From NCBI RefSeq assembly GCF_963921235.1, contig NC_086097.1:214026001-214090000 (forward strand): DNA of 64,000 nucleotides, in the 5' to 3' direction. The notes below the pieces were generated by a model, which saw only the letters and a list, made by a program, of their open reading frames with translations, made no database searches and was not told the DNA's origin. Each line of letters starts with the position of its first letter. Position 1 is the first letter of the stretch. Positions 51,607-64,000 of the stretch are shown here, one piece after another. Origin of the DNA: Mobula hypostoma (lineage: Eukaryota). The translations under genes and the position numbers were made by a program.

Positions 51607-53639
51607 CTGAAACATCACACAGGTATTATTTCTTTACTCACCATCAGAAATTCTTCACTTTTTTGGTTAAAAAGGAAAAATAAGAGTGAACCATTTATTC
51701 AAGCAAATTGATCTGCACAATCACTTTGCTCCATTCACTCTAGACAAATGGCCTTGCGGCTGATAGCAAGTAATAAATTAAAGAGCCACATATTTTTGAA
51801 GAAGCATCTGGTAAAAATTTTCTTCATTTGGGAAGGGAAGAGCCAACACCTCTTCATAGCCTTGTTCTATGTAAGTAAAATAATAATACACTTCAATATT
51901 TATTGTTAAATTAAACATTTGTAAAAAGCCTTAGGTTGCTGTGGGAATTACATCCTCTTCCTCAGATAGGGCAGGTGGTAGATGATGAGTGTACAAGTTT
52001 GTGAGATGGTACACTCCATCCACCACTTCAACAGTGTGTCTTCAAGCTTTTTAGTTCCATACCTTAATGCTTCTCTTCTTTGAACATTCATGGGTCAGTG
52101 ATTCCCAGGAATCAATGGGTTTATTGCACTGATATTCAATGATACTTTGAGTACATCGTTAAATCCTTTCCTTTGTCCACTTGGTAATCTCTTGCCGTAA
52201 CACAGCTCAAAACTGAGGGTTTGATTTGGAAGTCTGGCACTATGTGTCTTCTCCGACATAGCCTGGTGTGTCTAGGACTTCAATACTAGAGATGTTGGCC
52301 TTGGAGAAGAGAGGACGTTGGCTCATTTATCCTCCCATGGAACTGAAAGACTTTGAAGACACATTGGTGTTATTTTCACTGTGTTTTGTAGTCCTTATCA
52401 TTTAGATGGGCAGGGATCAGTGCTGCCTCACGGAGTTCTGTTCCAGATTTTATATATACCTAATATCTGTTATAGTGCAGTGGTGAATTACATCATCGAT
52501 ATCTGTTACTACCCAAGAAACGAGAGGTGGACCTCTTTATCCATGATATTTACATGAGTCTTTATTGTTGGAAGATGTTGTGGTGTAGAGAGGGCAGTTG
52601 TTACTGGACACTGATCCTGAGGACAATGAATATAAGGACCAACTTCTTAACCGCTTGAGTGAAAGTGCAGTTGATTGCTTGAAGCCCAACCTCTGAGCAT
52701 GTACAAACCCAAGCTTTGTCTGCATGCTACAGCATCTGAAGTGTAACCATTATAGATTGAATATCATCCATGAGTTCTGAAGATCAGCTCCATAAAAGGG
52801 AATATTTTTGGAGATGAGGTTCAACGATATGATGAGATATATTGACAATGGCACAATCTCACAACAAGCTCATAAAGTGATAATGATCCACTGCCTGTAT
52901 CTTTACCAGACTTAATATTACATGTTTTTCTCAATTAAGGCATACACAAATAAACAGCCCGATAATATATACATTCCAGAGTTGGTCACAAGGCAATTGG
53001 TTACATTCCATAGATCATCACCACTGAATTCAACACACTTTACAAAATTTGGTAAGAAAAATATGCGTTTCAATCAGCAACAATATTTCATTGTAGAACT
53101 ATTGCAATATTTTACAGCACAGTTTCATTTTTGCAGAATTTAGGGTTTCTACAATGGTACGAAGGAATCTTTGTTTTTTCCTCACCTGTACAGCTTGCAT
53201 TTCTAAAGGCGGGATACAGTACCACTGTATCAATTATCCTTTAGCACCTTATCCACCGGCCATCTTACATATGTAAATATGAACAGTGAATAACAATCCA
53301 GAAATCAACTGAACTTAACCCTATCCTTTCCTCACTACCCATGTATACATAGTATATTTCCACACACTTCACCACTGCAAATCACAGACTGCAGCACTTG
53401 TATTAATATGCCAGATAAGATTAGCAAAGAGAAACAATTAAACATTATTTACTCATAGGCAAAATGGCTTAGTTTTATGATTGGCAGTTTATGAACCAAA
53501 TGAAGCATTTGGGAGTACATAAACTCTAGAAGATGCTGTCTTTGAATATGAACTTCAAACATGGAAAAAAATGCACTTTTCAAACGTAAAGCTTTGAAGA
53601 TATTCTGACATCTTTCTACAATGATTCTTTATGACGTAC

Positions 53640-53776
53640 CTCTTCATACACTTTCTTGGCATTACTGTTGTCTCCCAATAATAGATAACTTACTCCAAGC
53701 TCATTTCTAATTGAGATATCATCTGGGTAAAGAGATACCAGCTTCTTAAGCGTCATCACAGAACGTTTAATGTGAC
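53640..53776 (-). CDS. ASPH: ASPH coding exon (137 nt), TPR region
   Basis: (G)HIKRSVMTLKKLVSLYPDDISIRNELGVSYLLLGDNSNAKKVYEE, visible in ORF 53616..53831; AG/GT boundaries, phase 1 to 0. Confidence 0.97.
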
Positions 53777-54244
53777 CTGTATATATGCATACACAATAGA
53801 ATAACAAATGACAAAAGTTAGCAACGTGCACATCAGATCACCTTAAACAACTTCATTAATACCACAGGCAAGAGTTAAAGCAACTATTTAACACAGTACC
53901 ACCCTTCTCTCTCCTGGATCTGAAGACACAAACCTTCCAGGGTATCCTTCCAGGGTAGCTGAAGAACATAAATTTAGCAGGTATTTCTGAAATAAAAGGT
54001 TGACAACTGGTGATGGAATTACATCCTTTAAAAGGTGTTTAAATAGATACTTATATAAGACATACAAGGATATGGTCCTAATGTGGGCAAATAGGCTAAT
54101 GCAGACGGACAAACAGGTCAGCATTGAAATGGTAGAACAGGGGGTCTGTTTCCATACTCTACAACTCCATGACCATAAGACTCTTCCAGTAGGGGTAATA
54201 CAGAGACAGACAGCTGGGAAAGGCAGAAATTTGGAGACTTAATT

Positions 54245-54437
54245 GGAGGGGGGGGGAGAGAGGGGGAGGGAGAGAGGGGAGAGGGGGAGGGGAGAGGGGG
54301 AGGAGAGGGGGAGAGGGGGAGGGGAGAGGGGGAGGGGAGGGGAGAGGGGGAGGGGAGGGGAGGGGAGAGGGGGAGGGGGAGGGGGAGAGGGAGAGGGGGA
54401 GAGAGGGGGAAGGGGGAAGACAGAGAAAAGGGTGGAA

Positions 54438-54493
<56 letters not shown>

Positions 54494-54504
54494 TAGATAG
54501 ATAG
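54245..54504. repeat. Polypurine G/A tract followed by (GA)n, (GACA)n, (GATA)n
   Basis: About 235 nt of almost pure G/A with many G4-G6 runs, then tetranucleotide repeats. Confidence 0.95.
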
Positions 54505-55389
54505 ATTCAGAGGATGGAGTCATGAACAATCAAACAAATGGGGGACACTGACATGGAGAGATCTATCATCCACAAATTTTACCTACTGTATTTCCTAACC
54601 CCTTCCTCAGCTGGCTCCATCTGCCTATCATTCCCCATTTATGTGGTTGAACATCACCTTCCTTATTTATCAGATTCCACCATCTGCAGCTGCTATTTTC
54701 CTTCCCTCTCTCTACAGACCACCCACCAGTTACTGTCTTCTGTCTCCACCACATCCTCCCCCACATCAACCTGCTCATCACACCTGTCCTCAAATTATTC
54801 CACCTATCACTCAACAACATACTAACCTTCTTCCCTCTATAATCTGGGTCTCGACCTGAATCATCAACCATTTCTCCACCGCAAGGTTGATGATTCAGGT
54901 CGACCCACTAAATTCTCCAGCCGTTTTTACTTTTTTTCTCTCCATCTGCATCTCTTGTGGTTCTCTTATCTAATACCATTGCTTCTCTGAATTGTTATTC
55001 CTTTTTCCTTCCATCATCAAATTACATGACCTTACATGATCCTGCATTTGCAAAAATCAGTATCTAGTAACAGCAGTTTCTGAATTTATAGATTTCCTTA
55101 CTTAAGCTAAGCAATCTACATGACCTCTTTCCCTCAATACAACTTCATAGTTACCCTGGAAGTTCTACTAGCTTGTTCTGGGTGCTATTTCCATTTTGGT
55201 TCCATTCATGCCCTTCAACCAGCTCATTTTATATTCTCTTGTGTTTGACACTTTTTCTTACTCTATGGCACTAATCTATGAGAGAGATAATCAGCGAACC
55301 CATAATTTGAAAGCATGAAGGTTTAACTAGATAATACAGTATGATCAAGTTACAATAATCAGGTAAGCTACACTAGGTACATTCCTCAC

Positions 55390-55540
55390 CAAGGAACTGT
55401 TGTCGGTTTGCCTGTCGCTTCAATGCCAATTTCACCAGGTCAGCAGTTGGATTTGGCATATCAGCCACTTCTCCATAGGTACTGATTGCTCTTTGAAGGA
55501 TCTCATTGCTTCGCATCTTCTCTGCCAAATCATCTTCTGA
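55390..55540 (-). CDS. ASPH: ASPH coding exon (151 nt), TPR region
   Basis: SEDDLAEKMRSNEILQRAISTYGEVADMPNPTADLVKLALKRQANRQQFL(G); AG / GTGAGG boundaries. Confidence 0.97.
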
Positions 55541-56430
55541 CTACATAAAACCACATGAAACAATTAATATATACACAATTCAGTACTGAAGTTCAACTAA
55601 CGGGCTCCTGGACCGGCTGCAGCGATGAATTGACTTTGTGGCTCTGGATGCATTTTTGTGAACTTAAGTTCTGAGTGTTAATTGTTTATTTTTTATTGTT
55701 TGCATGATTTGTTCTTTTTTTTTCGCAGAATAGGTGTTTGACTGTCTTTTTTTAAATGGGTTTTATAGGGTTTCTTTGATTTTGTGGTTGCCTGCTTACA
55801 TACTTTGATAATAAATGTACTTTGAACTTTGAACAAGGCACTTACAAAACAGCAATGCTTATAAAGATGTTAATTTTCTGCAGTTTGTTTACACTGCACT
55901 AGATCGGAGGTGAGAGATAAATATCAAATACTTAGAAGCCAGTCTTTGTACAATTTTCCTGATCCATTTTCATATTTGCTTTATAAAGATCTCCACTGAC
56001 TGTTCCTACAACATGTTGTTCATTAACATGCAGTACTCTTCAGCTACCAACAATGGTATGGCTTAGTTAATTAACAAAGGGCACAGAAATAACTGAAAAA
56101 CATTGAATAAAATCGTGGGTCCTTGCAACTGTACAAATAGTTCTTAAACAATTTTTCACCATTTACAATACTAAACTAACTTTCAAATAAACTGTAGATA
56201 AACAATAAGACAACCCTTACCTAGCACACTACATATATACACAATAGAGTGGTGCAATATATACAATCATGTGGTGCTAAAGCTGGACTGGATCTCCCAT
56301 TAAATTATGCTGACATAGAGAAGCATATGGTAAAAAAAGGCCAGGGTGGGTTCCTGTCAAGGATTTCATCTCTCTCTCATAGCCACAGCGGATGAAAAGT
56401 ACAGCACACTCAACCCCCTAGTGTACTTAC

Positions 56431-56517
56431 CTCTGCTTTTCCATATTTAGCTCGAGGACTCTGGGGATATCTTTTGAGAAGTTCATTAAATGCCTGCAGG
56501 GCTTCTTCAGGTTTACC
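56431..56517 (-). CDS. ASPH: ASPH coding exon (87 nt), TPR region
   Basis: GKPEEALQAFNELLKRYPQSPRAKYGKAE; flanked by AG and GTAAGT; phase 0/0. Confidence 0.97.
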
Positions 56518-58840
56518 CTAAAGCATAAAGAAAAAGTTTTAATACTTGGAAACATTTGTACTTCTTTGTAAATAAAAATAGTCCATTCCAAATGTTCATC
56601 AATGATAAATTACCTGATATCGAATCTAATTTTTTTTTGTTAGCTTTAACTTGGGTACTTCTACCCTAATTGAGCTGACTCTTTGATTTCATCATTATCA
56701 AATATTATGAGCAATGCAAACTGAAGGCAAAATGGGTCATCCTCTTCAGCGCCCAGAAATACCAAGAGGAGATCCATCACGGAATCTTTCTGAGGTCACC
56801 ACCACAACAGAAGTCAATCTTCAGTTAGTTTGAATCACTGAATGTATTACCAAGAAACAGGTGGTCACACAAATGCATGACAAACCCCAGCCAACTAGCA
56901 AATGCCCTGTATGTCTACTTTGTATCAAGAGTAAGGTGAGGAAAGGCATTATTAACAGCATTAATGATATGACATATTAACAACCTGTTCAATGATATTC
57001 AGAGTGATTTCACCAGGATCATTCAGCTCTGGACCTACACACAATCCCAAATGTGAATGAAGAACGAAAGGAGGAAGATGAGTGCTACTGTCCTTGTGAT
57101 CAAGGCATCACTTGACAGAGTGCAGCTCCAAAGAGACATGGGTAAAAAATCAGGTAACAGGAAATAAGGGGAAATCCTTACACTGGCTGAAGTCATGTTC
57201 TGCACAAAGGATGATAAATGAGATGACTGGAGCTGCAGGAGTTAGGCAGACAATCTCTGTATCCCATCAACAACAGGTGATGTCTCAAGAAGACAGCATC
57301 CATCATCAGGGACCACCATTATCCAAGCCAAATCCTCTGCCATCAGGAGGTGGTACAGGAACCTGAAGACCCACAACTCAAGATGCCACAACAGATTCTT
57401 CCACACTATCATCAGGTTCTTGAACTAACCTACCTCGACCTATATTTTATTTCTCTCTTAATTCCATGCGAACATTACGTTTATTTTGTTGTTTGCTTTG
57501 CACATGTGCAAATTACTTATGATTAATGCTAATTTAAGTTTGCATTAACTTCTATTTGTTCTCATCACTGAGCTGAGAATCTAATGTTCCTGGCATTTAC
57601 ATCCTGTGTAACAATAAAATGACAACAATAAACTTGAATCCAAGCATCTTTAATTGCTTCATCAATGATGAGTGGAGATATTTGCTGATGACTGAAGAAT
57701 GTTCAGTTGCATTCACAGCTCCACAGATCCTCACACTGCAGGAAAATCTGGAGGCATCTAGGCATAGATTAATGTGGTGAGTAAAATGTAAACTCTACCA
57801 AAATCCTTTCCTGTAAGTGTTACAAGAAGAGCTCAAAGTTAGGATATTCAGTGATAAGGGTGACAAATTTATCTATTTCCACAGAAGAAAGCTTTTCACT
57901 GTATGAAAAAAAAGAGAAAATGCTGGAAACACTCAACAAGGTCAGAGAGCTTCTGTGGAAATGGAAAGAAAGTTCATGTTTCAGGTCCAAGAACTTTAAT
58001 CAGAAATGGAAAAGAGAGAAAACAAGTTAGGACTGAGATGCCTCTTTTGGTTATCCACTGGTCATGAAGTCCTGTAGTAGATCACTGACTCCCTAAAGGG
58101 AAGGTCTGTCATGAAAATGGCAATCTTTTTCATTTGAATGCATTTGCGAACTTGTGAGAAAAGATGAAAACAGATAACAGCTTTACTTATTTTACCTTTA
58201 CTATTTAAATTTTAATAATAAATTGGAAATGATAAAATAAAATAGGTAAAATAGAATAGTAAAATAAAATAATTGTTACTTTTTAAAAAATTTAATCTTT
58301 TTGAATTATTTACATCTAAACATACTCTGCTTAGATTATTGCTATGAACTGCAGAACTCTGCAAGTGGTGGAGGATTCTCAAGAACCTTGATAGTAATTA
58401 GCAGCCACAATTTCTGGAATTGAAACATCAATTATGATCATCAGCATATGATTATTCTCCAAATTATTCAAATGCTAAAGATCACGATCACTGTGGTGGA
58501 TAATCTTTATAAAAGCTACTTCACACCAGGAAATCCTGTTAAGTTTAAGCATTTGAAAGTATTTATTTATTTATATTAAGTGCAATTGTGAACAATAGCC
58601 AGATCAGAAATGCTGATCCAGTCAACTAGTTCCCAAAGAGAACTCTGATAGGCCAATCAGATGGTTCACTGCTGCTCAGCGATAGAACACAAAAAAAAAT
58701 CACATGTACAATTAAGAAACATTAAAAAATAGTGCACTTAGCAATGCATTATTTGGTATTGTTAAAATTTGCAGAATTTGGTTAAGCAGAATCACAGTGC
58801 ATGCTGCCTCACAGGTAAGATATTGAATTTTATAGTTCAC

Positions 58841-58926
58841 CTTTTTCCGCAGTTTTTCAGCAGCATCCAACTCGGGTTTAATGGTCTTGTCAAACTTATT
58901 CAAGAGTTTTGGTTTCTTCTTCTTAG
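58841..58926 (-). CDS. ASPH: ASPH coding exon (86 nt; first of 11 exons in window, approx. human exon 15)
   Basis: Reverse strand reads (x)KKKKPKLLNKFDKTIKPELDAAEKLRKK, matching the ASPH segment preceding the TPR region. AG acceptor at 58928-58927, GT donor at 58840-58839. Confidence 0.95.
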
Positions 58927-60306
58927 CTGGAACTAATAGAACAACCACTATTAGCTGTATGATACAAGTATTCCAAAAGGTAAACAATACAGCTCTCAAA
59001 AGTAGTTAAAAATTTCCATAGAGTCCTACTGATCTCCCATAAAAGCTTATGCATGAAATTGATTGTATTCAGATTCTCAATTTCTGTTTATGCTTTTCTC
59101 TGGTATTTTCCAATAATCCCTATCCTGAATTATACTAGGGCAACCTCCATGCAAATTTAGGGTCTGTATTACAGTTTAATACAACACAAAAAGGAGCCAT
59201 TTGGCCTTTCATGAATATGCTGGCTCATTAAGAGATTTTCATTATTTCCACTTGATAATCATGTTGTCACAGCTCTTTAACCAATTACTCAATAATATAT
59301 CCTGCTCCCTTTTGAAAGCAGCAATTGAGTATCACTGAGCAATCACTGATACAATTGTATTTCTGTTATATTGACTGTCCTGTTGTACATACTATTTATT
59401 ACAAATCACTCTAGATTGCACATTGCACATTTAGACAGAGACGTAATGTAAAGATTTTTACTCCTTATGTATACGAAGAATGTAAGTAATAAAGTCAATT
59501 CAATTCAATTCGTTCTTTAGCTGTCATTGAAGGCATATCCCACATCAGAACATTCACTGTACTGAAAAACTGTACTCATCTCACCTTGTTTCTGCAAGTT
59601 AGTTTAATTTTGTACGATGGGTTACAAACCTGCCGCCACTAGAACCACAAGTTCCTGTTTACCCTAGCAAAGCAATTCATGATTTGGAACATCTTTTGAA
59701 AACTCTCACCTCCTCTGTTCTAGCAGAAACACCAGCATCTCCAATCTTTCCATATTTTGCCTTCCTGGTATCATTTCAAAAACAAAATTTCTGCATCCTC
59801 TCCTTTAACTTTTATGAAGTGTGATGGCCATCAGTGAGGGTGAGGTGTGGGGAGGAGATGACAAATGATTTCAAAAGGTTTGGCATAACTTTGTTGTAGC
59901 ACTCTGTGCCTAAGATCCTGAGCTTTGGTTTATATCGAAAGCATTCTCAACTTGACCCATCGTCTTCAGAAATACCTGCACTTGATGTGTTCCTATCATT
60001 GCATTATCTTTACAAATATTCAATTACACTTATTTTAAATCTTCTAGAAATGCATCACTTCACAATCTTTTGCATAAAATTTCATAACTTATTTATTGGT
60101 CCATTTCATTAGCTTTTTTTTGTCAGTTGTTCGCTGCAAGACCCATTTGTAAACAGGTCTTGTGCAGCTAAGATAAACCCAAATAAGTAAAAAAAATTGA
60201 ACTGCTCACAACTTGCAAAGAAGATAGCAATGTTTCTGTCTGAATTTTTAATTCTTTCATTCACAACTTAAACAACAACTCTTCACTATCATTGGAAAAT
60301 TGAATG

Positions 60307-61882
60307 CAGGTGTCTCCCGCCTTTTGAACGTTTGCTTTACGAAACCTCACTGTTACGAAAGAGCTACATTAGTTACCTGTTTTCGCTAACAGAATGTGTT
60401 TTCACTGTTACGAAAAAAGCAGCGCGCGAAAAAAATCAGCACGTGATAAAAGGCAGCGCGCGACAAAAAGCAGCCTGCGCCCTGAGCAGCCGCTCTCCCC
60501 CGGATTCGGAATGGCATTCTCGCCGGTATTACTTAAACACATGCCTGTGAGCAGTCATTTGCAAGATGAGTTCTAAGGTATCGGAAAAGCCTGAAAGAGC
60601 TCGTAAGGGTGCTACACTTAGCGTAAAACTAGACATAATTAAGCGTTTTGATCATGGTGAACGAAGTAAGGACAAAGTGAGTTTGGCTTGTGGAAGCTGA
60701 CGAAGATGATGTTGAAGAGGTCTTGGCATCCCGTGACCAAGAACTGATAGAGGAAGAGCTGATGCAATTGGAAGAGGAAAGGATAACAATCGAAACTGAA
60801 TGAGTAATGATAAAGTACGACTTTAATTTTGAAAGGGTACATCGGTTTAGGGGATATTTGCAGGATGGTTTGAGTGCTTACAAAGAACTGTATGATAGAA
60901 AAATGCACGAGGCTCAGCAGTCAAGCAAGCCTTCCGCATCAGCCACAGCAGACGACGAACCTCGACCTTCGACATTGAGGCGGGCAGTCATAGGAGAAGA
61001 TAAGCTGCCTGCTCTAATAGAAACAGACGACGAGATGACACCCCAGTGTCCCCACCACCCCATCACCCAGGCTGCGGACAGATACCGATTCGCAGAGAAT
61101 GCAGCAGTAGCCGGGAGACACACAGCACATCTTTAAGAAAAAAGCCGAAATAAACAAGCTAATTAATTAGGTGCTGCCCAACATGTAACTGTCGGCCCAG
61201 ATCAGAGGCGATGCAATCGGCAATCAGCACTGATCTGGGCCGACAATTACATGCCGAGCGGCACCTAATTAATTAGCATGTTTATTTCAGCTTTTTTCTT
61301 AAAGATGTGCTGTGTGCCCCCCCAGCTACCGCTGCATTCTCCGCGAATCGGTATCTGTTTGCTGCCCGGAGGGTGGGGCCACTGCACCACTCAAACTCCG
61401 ATGACTCAGCCTAACACACCACCATCAGTGTGCTCTGCGCTTTCCCAATTCCGGTAAGTGATACTACACTGTACATACTTTATTTCTACTTTATATCGGC
61501 TGTGTATTTTTACGTGTTATTTGGTATGATTTGGCAGCTTTATAGCTTAAAGGTTACTGGACAGCGCTTGCGCCGTGTTTCTGCGGAGAGCGCTTGCGTA
61601 AGATTTTCGCTACGAAGAACAGTTCAGGCAATGATTGTGGAAAAGTATTTCTACTTTATATAGGCTGTGTATTCATCATATCATTCCTGCTTTTACTATG
61701 TGTTACTGTTATTTTAGGTTTTATGTGTTGTTTGGCATGATTTGGTAGGTTATTTTTGGGTCTGCGAACACTCACAAAATTTTCCCATATAAATAAATGG
61801 TAATTGCTTCTTCGCTTTACGACATTCCAGCTTATGAACTGTTTGTAGGAACACTCTACCTTTGGATGGCGGGGGAAACCTG
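60307..61882 (+). mobile_element. Tigger-like non-autonomous transposon with a large internal palindrome
   Basis: Imperfect TIRs CAGGTGTCTCCCGCC / GGCGGGGGAAACCTG followed by TA; transposase N- and C-terminal remnants (KLDIIKRFDHGER..., DDVEEVL..ELIEEELMQLEEE, YDFNFERV). Confidence 0.85.
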
Positions 61883-62302
61883 TATTTGTTTATGTAGATA
61901 TTTGTTTGGTCTGTTGATATTTTATCGGAATTTAACACTTGTGTAGACCAATACTTAAAATATCAGGATTTGACATAAAACCTCGCTTTCAAATAATAAT
62001 TAATTAAATTTTGAAATGTTCATAGGCTCTTTAATAGAATAAATACTGCATCAGGGGAAGGCACAATGATCCAGAGGTTTAGATTTCAAAAGTAAAGACA
62101 TGAAAATTAATGGAAATATAGCAGTGAAAACTGGGCTTTTATATGCTGTTTTGCACCATTTAGTGTGCCCTAATCCATATTGTGAAATACAGTCGCAGTT
62201 TCAGCCTCTCCCCAGTGGGGTGTAAAATACAGTTTTAACATTAATAGATGCAATTAATTATTTAGAAATGTCTAGTTGCCGAACAAATTATGTTGTCACA
62301 TA

Positions 62303-62380
62303 CAGTACTGTGCAAAAGTCTGTATATATTGTATATACTGTATATATTGCTAGGGTGCCTAAGACCTTTGCATAGTACTG
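62303..62380. mobile_element. Tc1/mariner-like MITE
   Basis: TA-CAGTACTGTGCAAAAGTC ... GACCTTTGCATAGTACTG-TA. Confidence 0.8.
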
Positions 62381-62399
62381 TAGTAATTCTACGTAAATC

Positions 62400-64000
62400 A
62401 AGAAGAGCCCGATCTTGAAACATCCTGACGTCATCGCAGCAGAAGTGTGGTCAATGCTTGGCATGCCGAACTTAGAAGGAGCATAACAGAAGAGCTAAGA
62501 GACAAGTTCAAGACAGCAAAGAAAAATCTCTTTGCCACCTACGACTGACTGAAGGAAGAGGAACTAGTTGAGAGGATTAGAGAGATAGAAGCTGCTAATG
62601 AAGACATGCAGCATGGAGAAGCATGGTGCCTAGTCAATGAGATCAGCAGACGAAAGAAGTCCCCAACAGGTCAAATAAGTGGTAAAACAGCAGAGGACTG
62701 TGTCCAGACATGGTTTATCCACTTTAAGAACCTGCTGGGAAGCCCTCCAATAATCAGGAAGAAGAGGACATACCCACGATACTAAAGCAAGTCGAAATCG
62801 ATGATGGCCCATTCACCATTGAGGAACTGAAGAAGGCCAGATATGCACTCAAACAGGGCAGGAGCGCTGGACCAGATGGGATACCACCAGATGTCCTGAA
62901 GAACTGCGACCTGGACGACATCTTGCTGGACATATGTAATAGGGCACTGATGAAAGGTGACAAACTAGAACAGTGGTCACTCTCAAACATTATCCCAGTC
63001 CCCAAGTCTGGATCCCTCACAAAGACAGATAACTACTGCGATATCAGCTTGACCTGCATCTTAGCAAAGCTATAGAATCAGATGATCTTGAATAGGATTC
63101 GTACCACCATTGACCCTAAGCTAAGATTCAATCAGAATAGTTTTCGGCAGAGCGCACAACAGTAATGCAAATACTTGCTCTCCGTAGAATCATCGAGGGA
63201 GTCAAGAAGAACAACCTACCGGCCGTGCTTATTTACATCAATTTTCGCAAAGCTTTTGACTCCATTCACCGAGGTAAAATGCTGAAGATCCTGAAAGCTT
63301 ACGGAGTGCCAGACCATCTACTGAGAGCAATAGAGTCCAGCTATACGAAAACCATGGCAAAAGTTGTATCATCAGACGGAGAAACAGCAGTGTTCGAGCT
63401 CCTAGCTGGTGTGCTGCAAGGAGACACTCTGGCACCCTACATCTTTATAATTGTCCTTGATTACGCTCTACGTCAAGCTACCAAAGATCATGACAAGCTT
63501 GGTTACCATAAAACCAGGACCAACCAAAAGCGTCAGATCAGTTACGCTCACAGATCTCGATTTTGCAGATGACATAGTCCTGCTCTCTGACCAGATGGAG
63601 CAGCTACTACTGCAGCTACTGATAAAAGTGGAAATTGACTGCAATAAAGTTGGACTTCACCTAAACGCTAAAAAGACAGAGTACGTGGCGTTTAACTGCG
63701 ACGAAGGTACTCTCAAGACCGTAAAAAATAATACCATTAAGAAAGTCTTTGACTACAAGTACCTTGGGTCAAGAATGATGAGTTTGGAGAAGGACATAAA
63801 GATTCAGAAGGTGCTGGCGTGGAGGGCTATGAACGACATGAAGGAAATCTGGAAGTCGAACCTGACCAGAGAGCTTAAAAACAGGATCTTCATAGCAGTC
63901 ATAAAGTCCATTCTCACGTATGGATGCGAGACGTGGACACTCACCAAGACGATGCGGAAGTCTCTAGATGGTTGCTATACATGAATGCTCTGGATGGTTC
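62400..64000 (+). mobile_element. RTE-clade LINE ORF2 (RT), decayed, runs off the window end
   Basis: INFRKAFDSIHRGKM, GVLQGDTLAPYIF, DLDFADDIVLL, YKYLGS, ILTYGCETWTLT motifs; stops and frameshifts. Confidence 0.9.

Noticed and set aside
54239..54529. Pro-rich and Gly/Arg/Glu-rich ORFs
   Set aside because: Translation of a polypurine/microsatellite tract.

Overview
Eukaryotic (vertebrate) genomic DNA. The repeat landscape (CR1, Rex1/Babar-like and Penelope-like retroelements, Tigger/pogo elements) suggests a cartilaginous fish, possibly a ray; this is inference only. Two host genes converge tail-to-tail. (i) The last 11 coding exons of ASPH (aspartyl/asparaginyl beta-hydroxylase) lie on the minus strand from 58926 down to the TAA at 23614. 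All have GT/AG boundaries and consistent phase, and together (1301 nt) they encode the TPR region and the complete catalytic 2OG-oxygenase domain. (ii) The terminal coding exon of a clavesin (most likely CLVS1) lies on the plus strand at 18785-18869 and ends in the clathrin box LLALD. Most long ORFs in the supplied track are retroelement fragments or artefacts of simple repeats. No prokaryotic system, CRISPR array, rRNA or tRNA was seen, and I cannot demonstrate a wholly new biological system. The most interesting signals are: minimal type-I hammerhead ribozyme motifs in Penelope-like 3' tails; a family of short, often fold-back, non-autonomous derivatives of those tails (one with a 14-bp target-site duplication); an apparent gene-conversion tract between two inverted CR1 copies; a dispersed ~290-bp duplication sharing a MITE; and a CpG-rich 35-bp minisatellite born inside a LINE tail.
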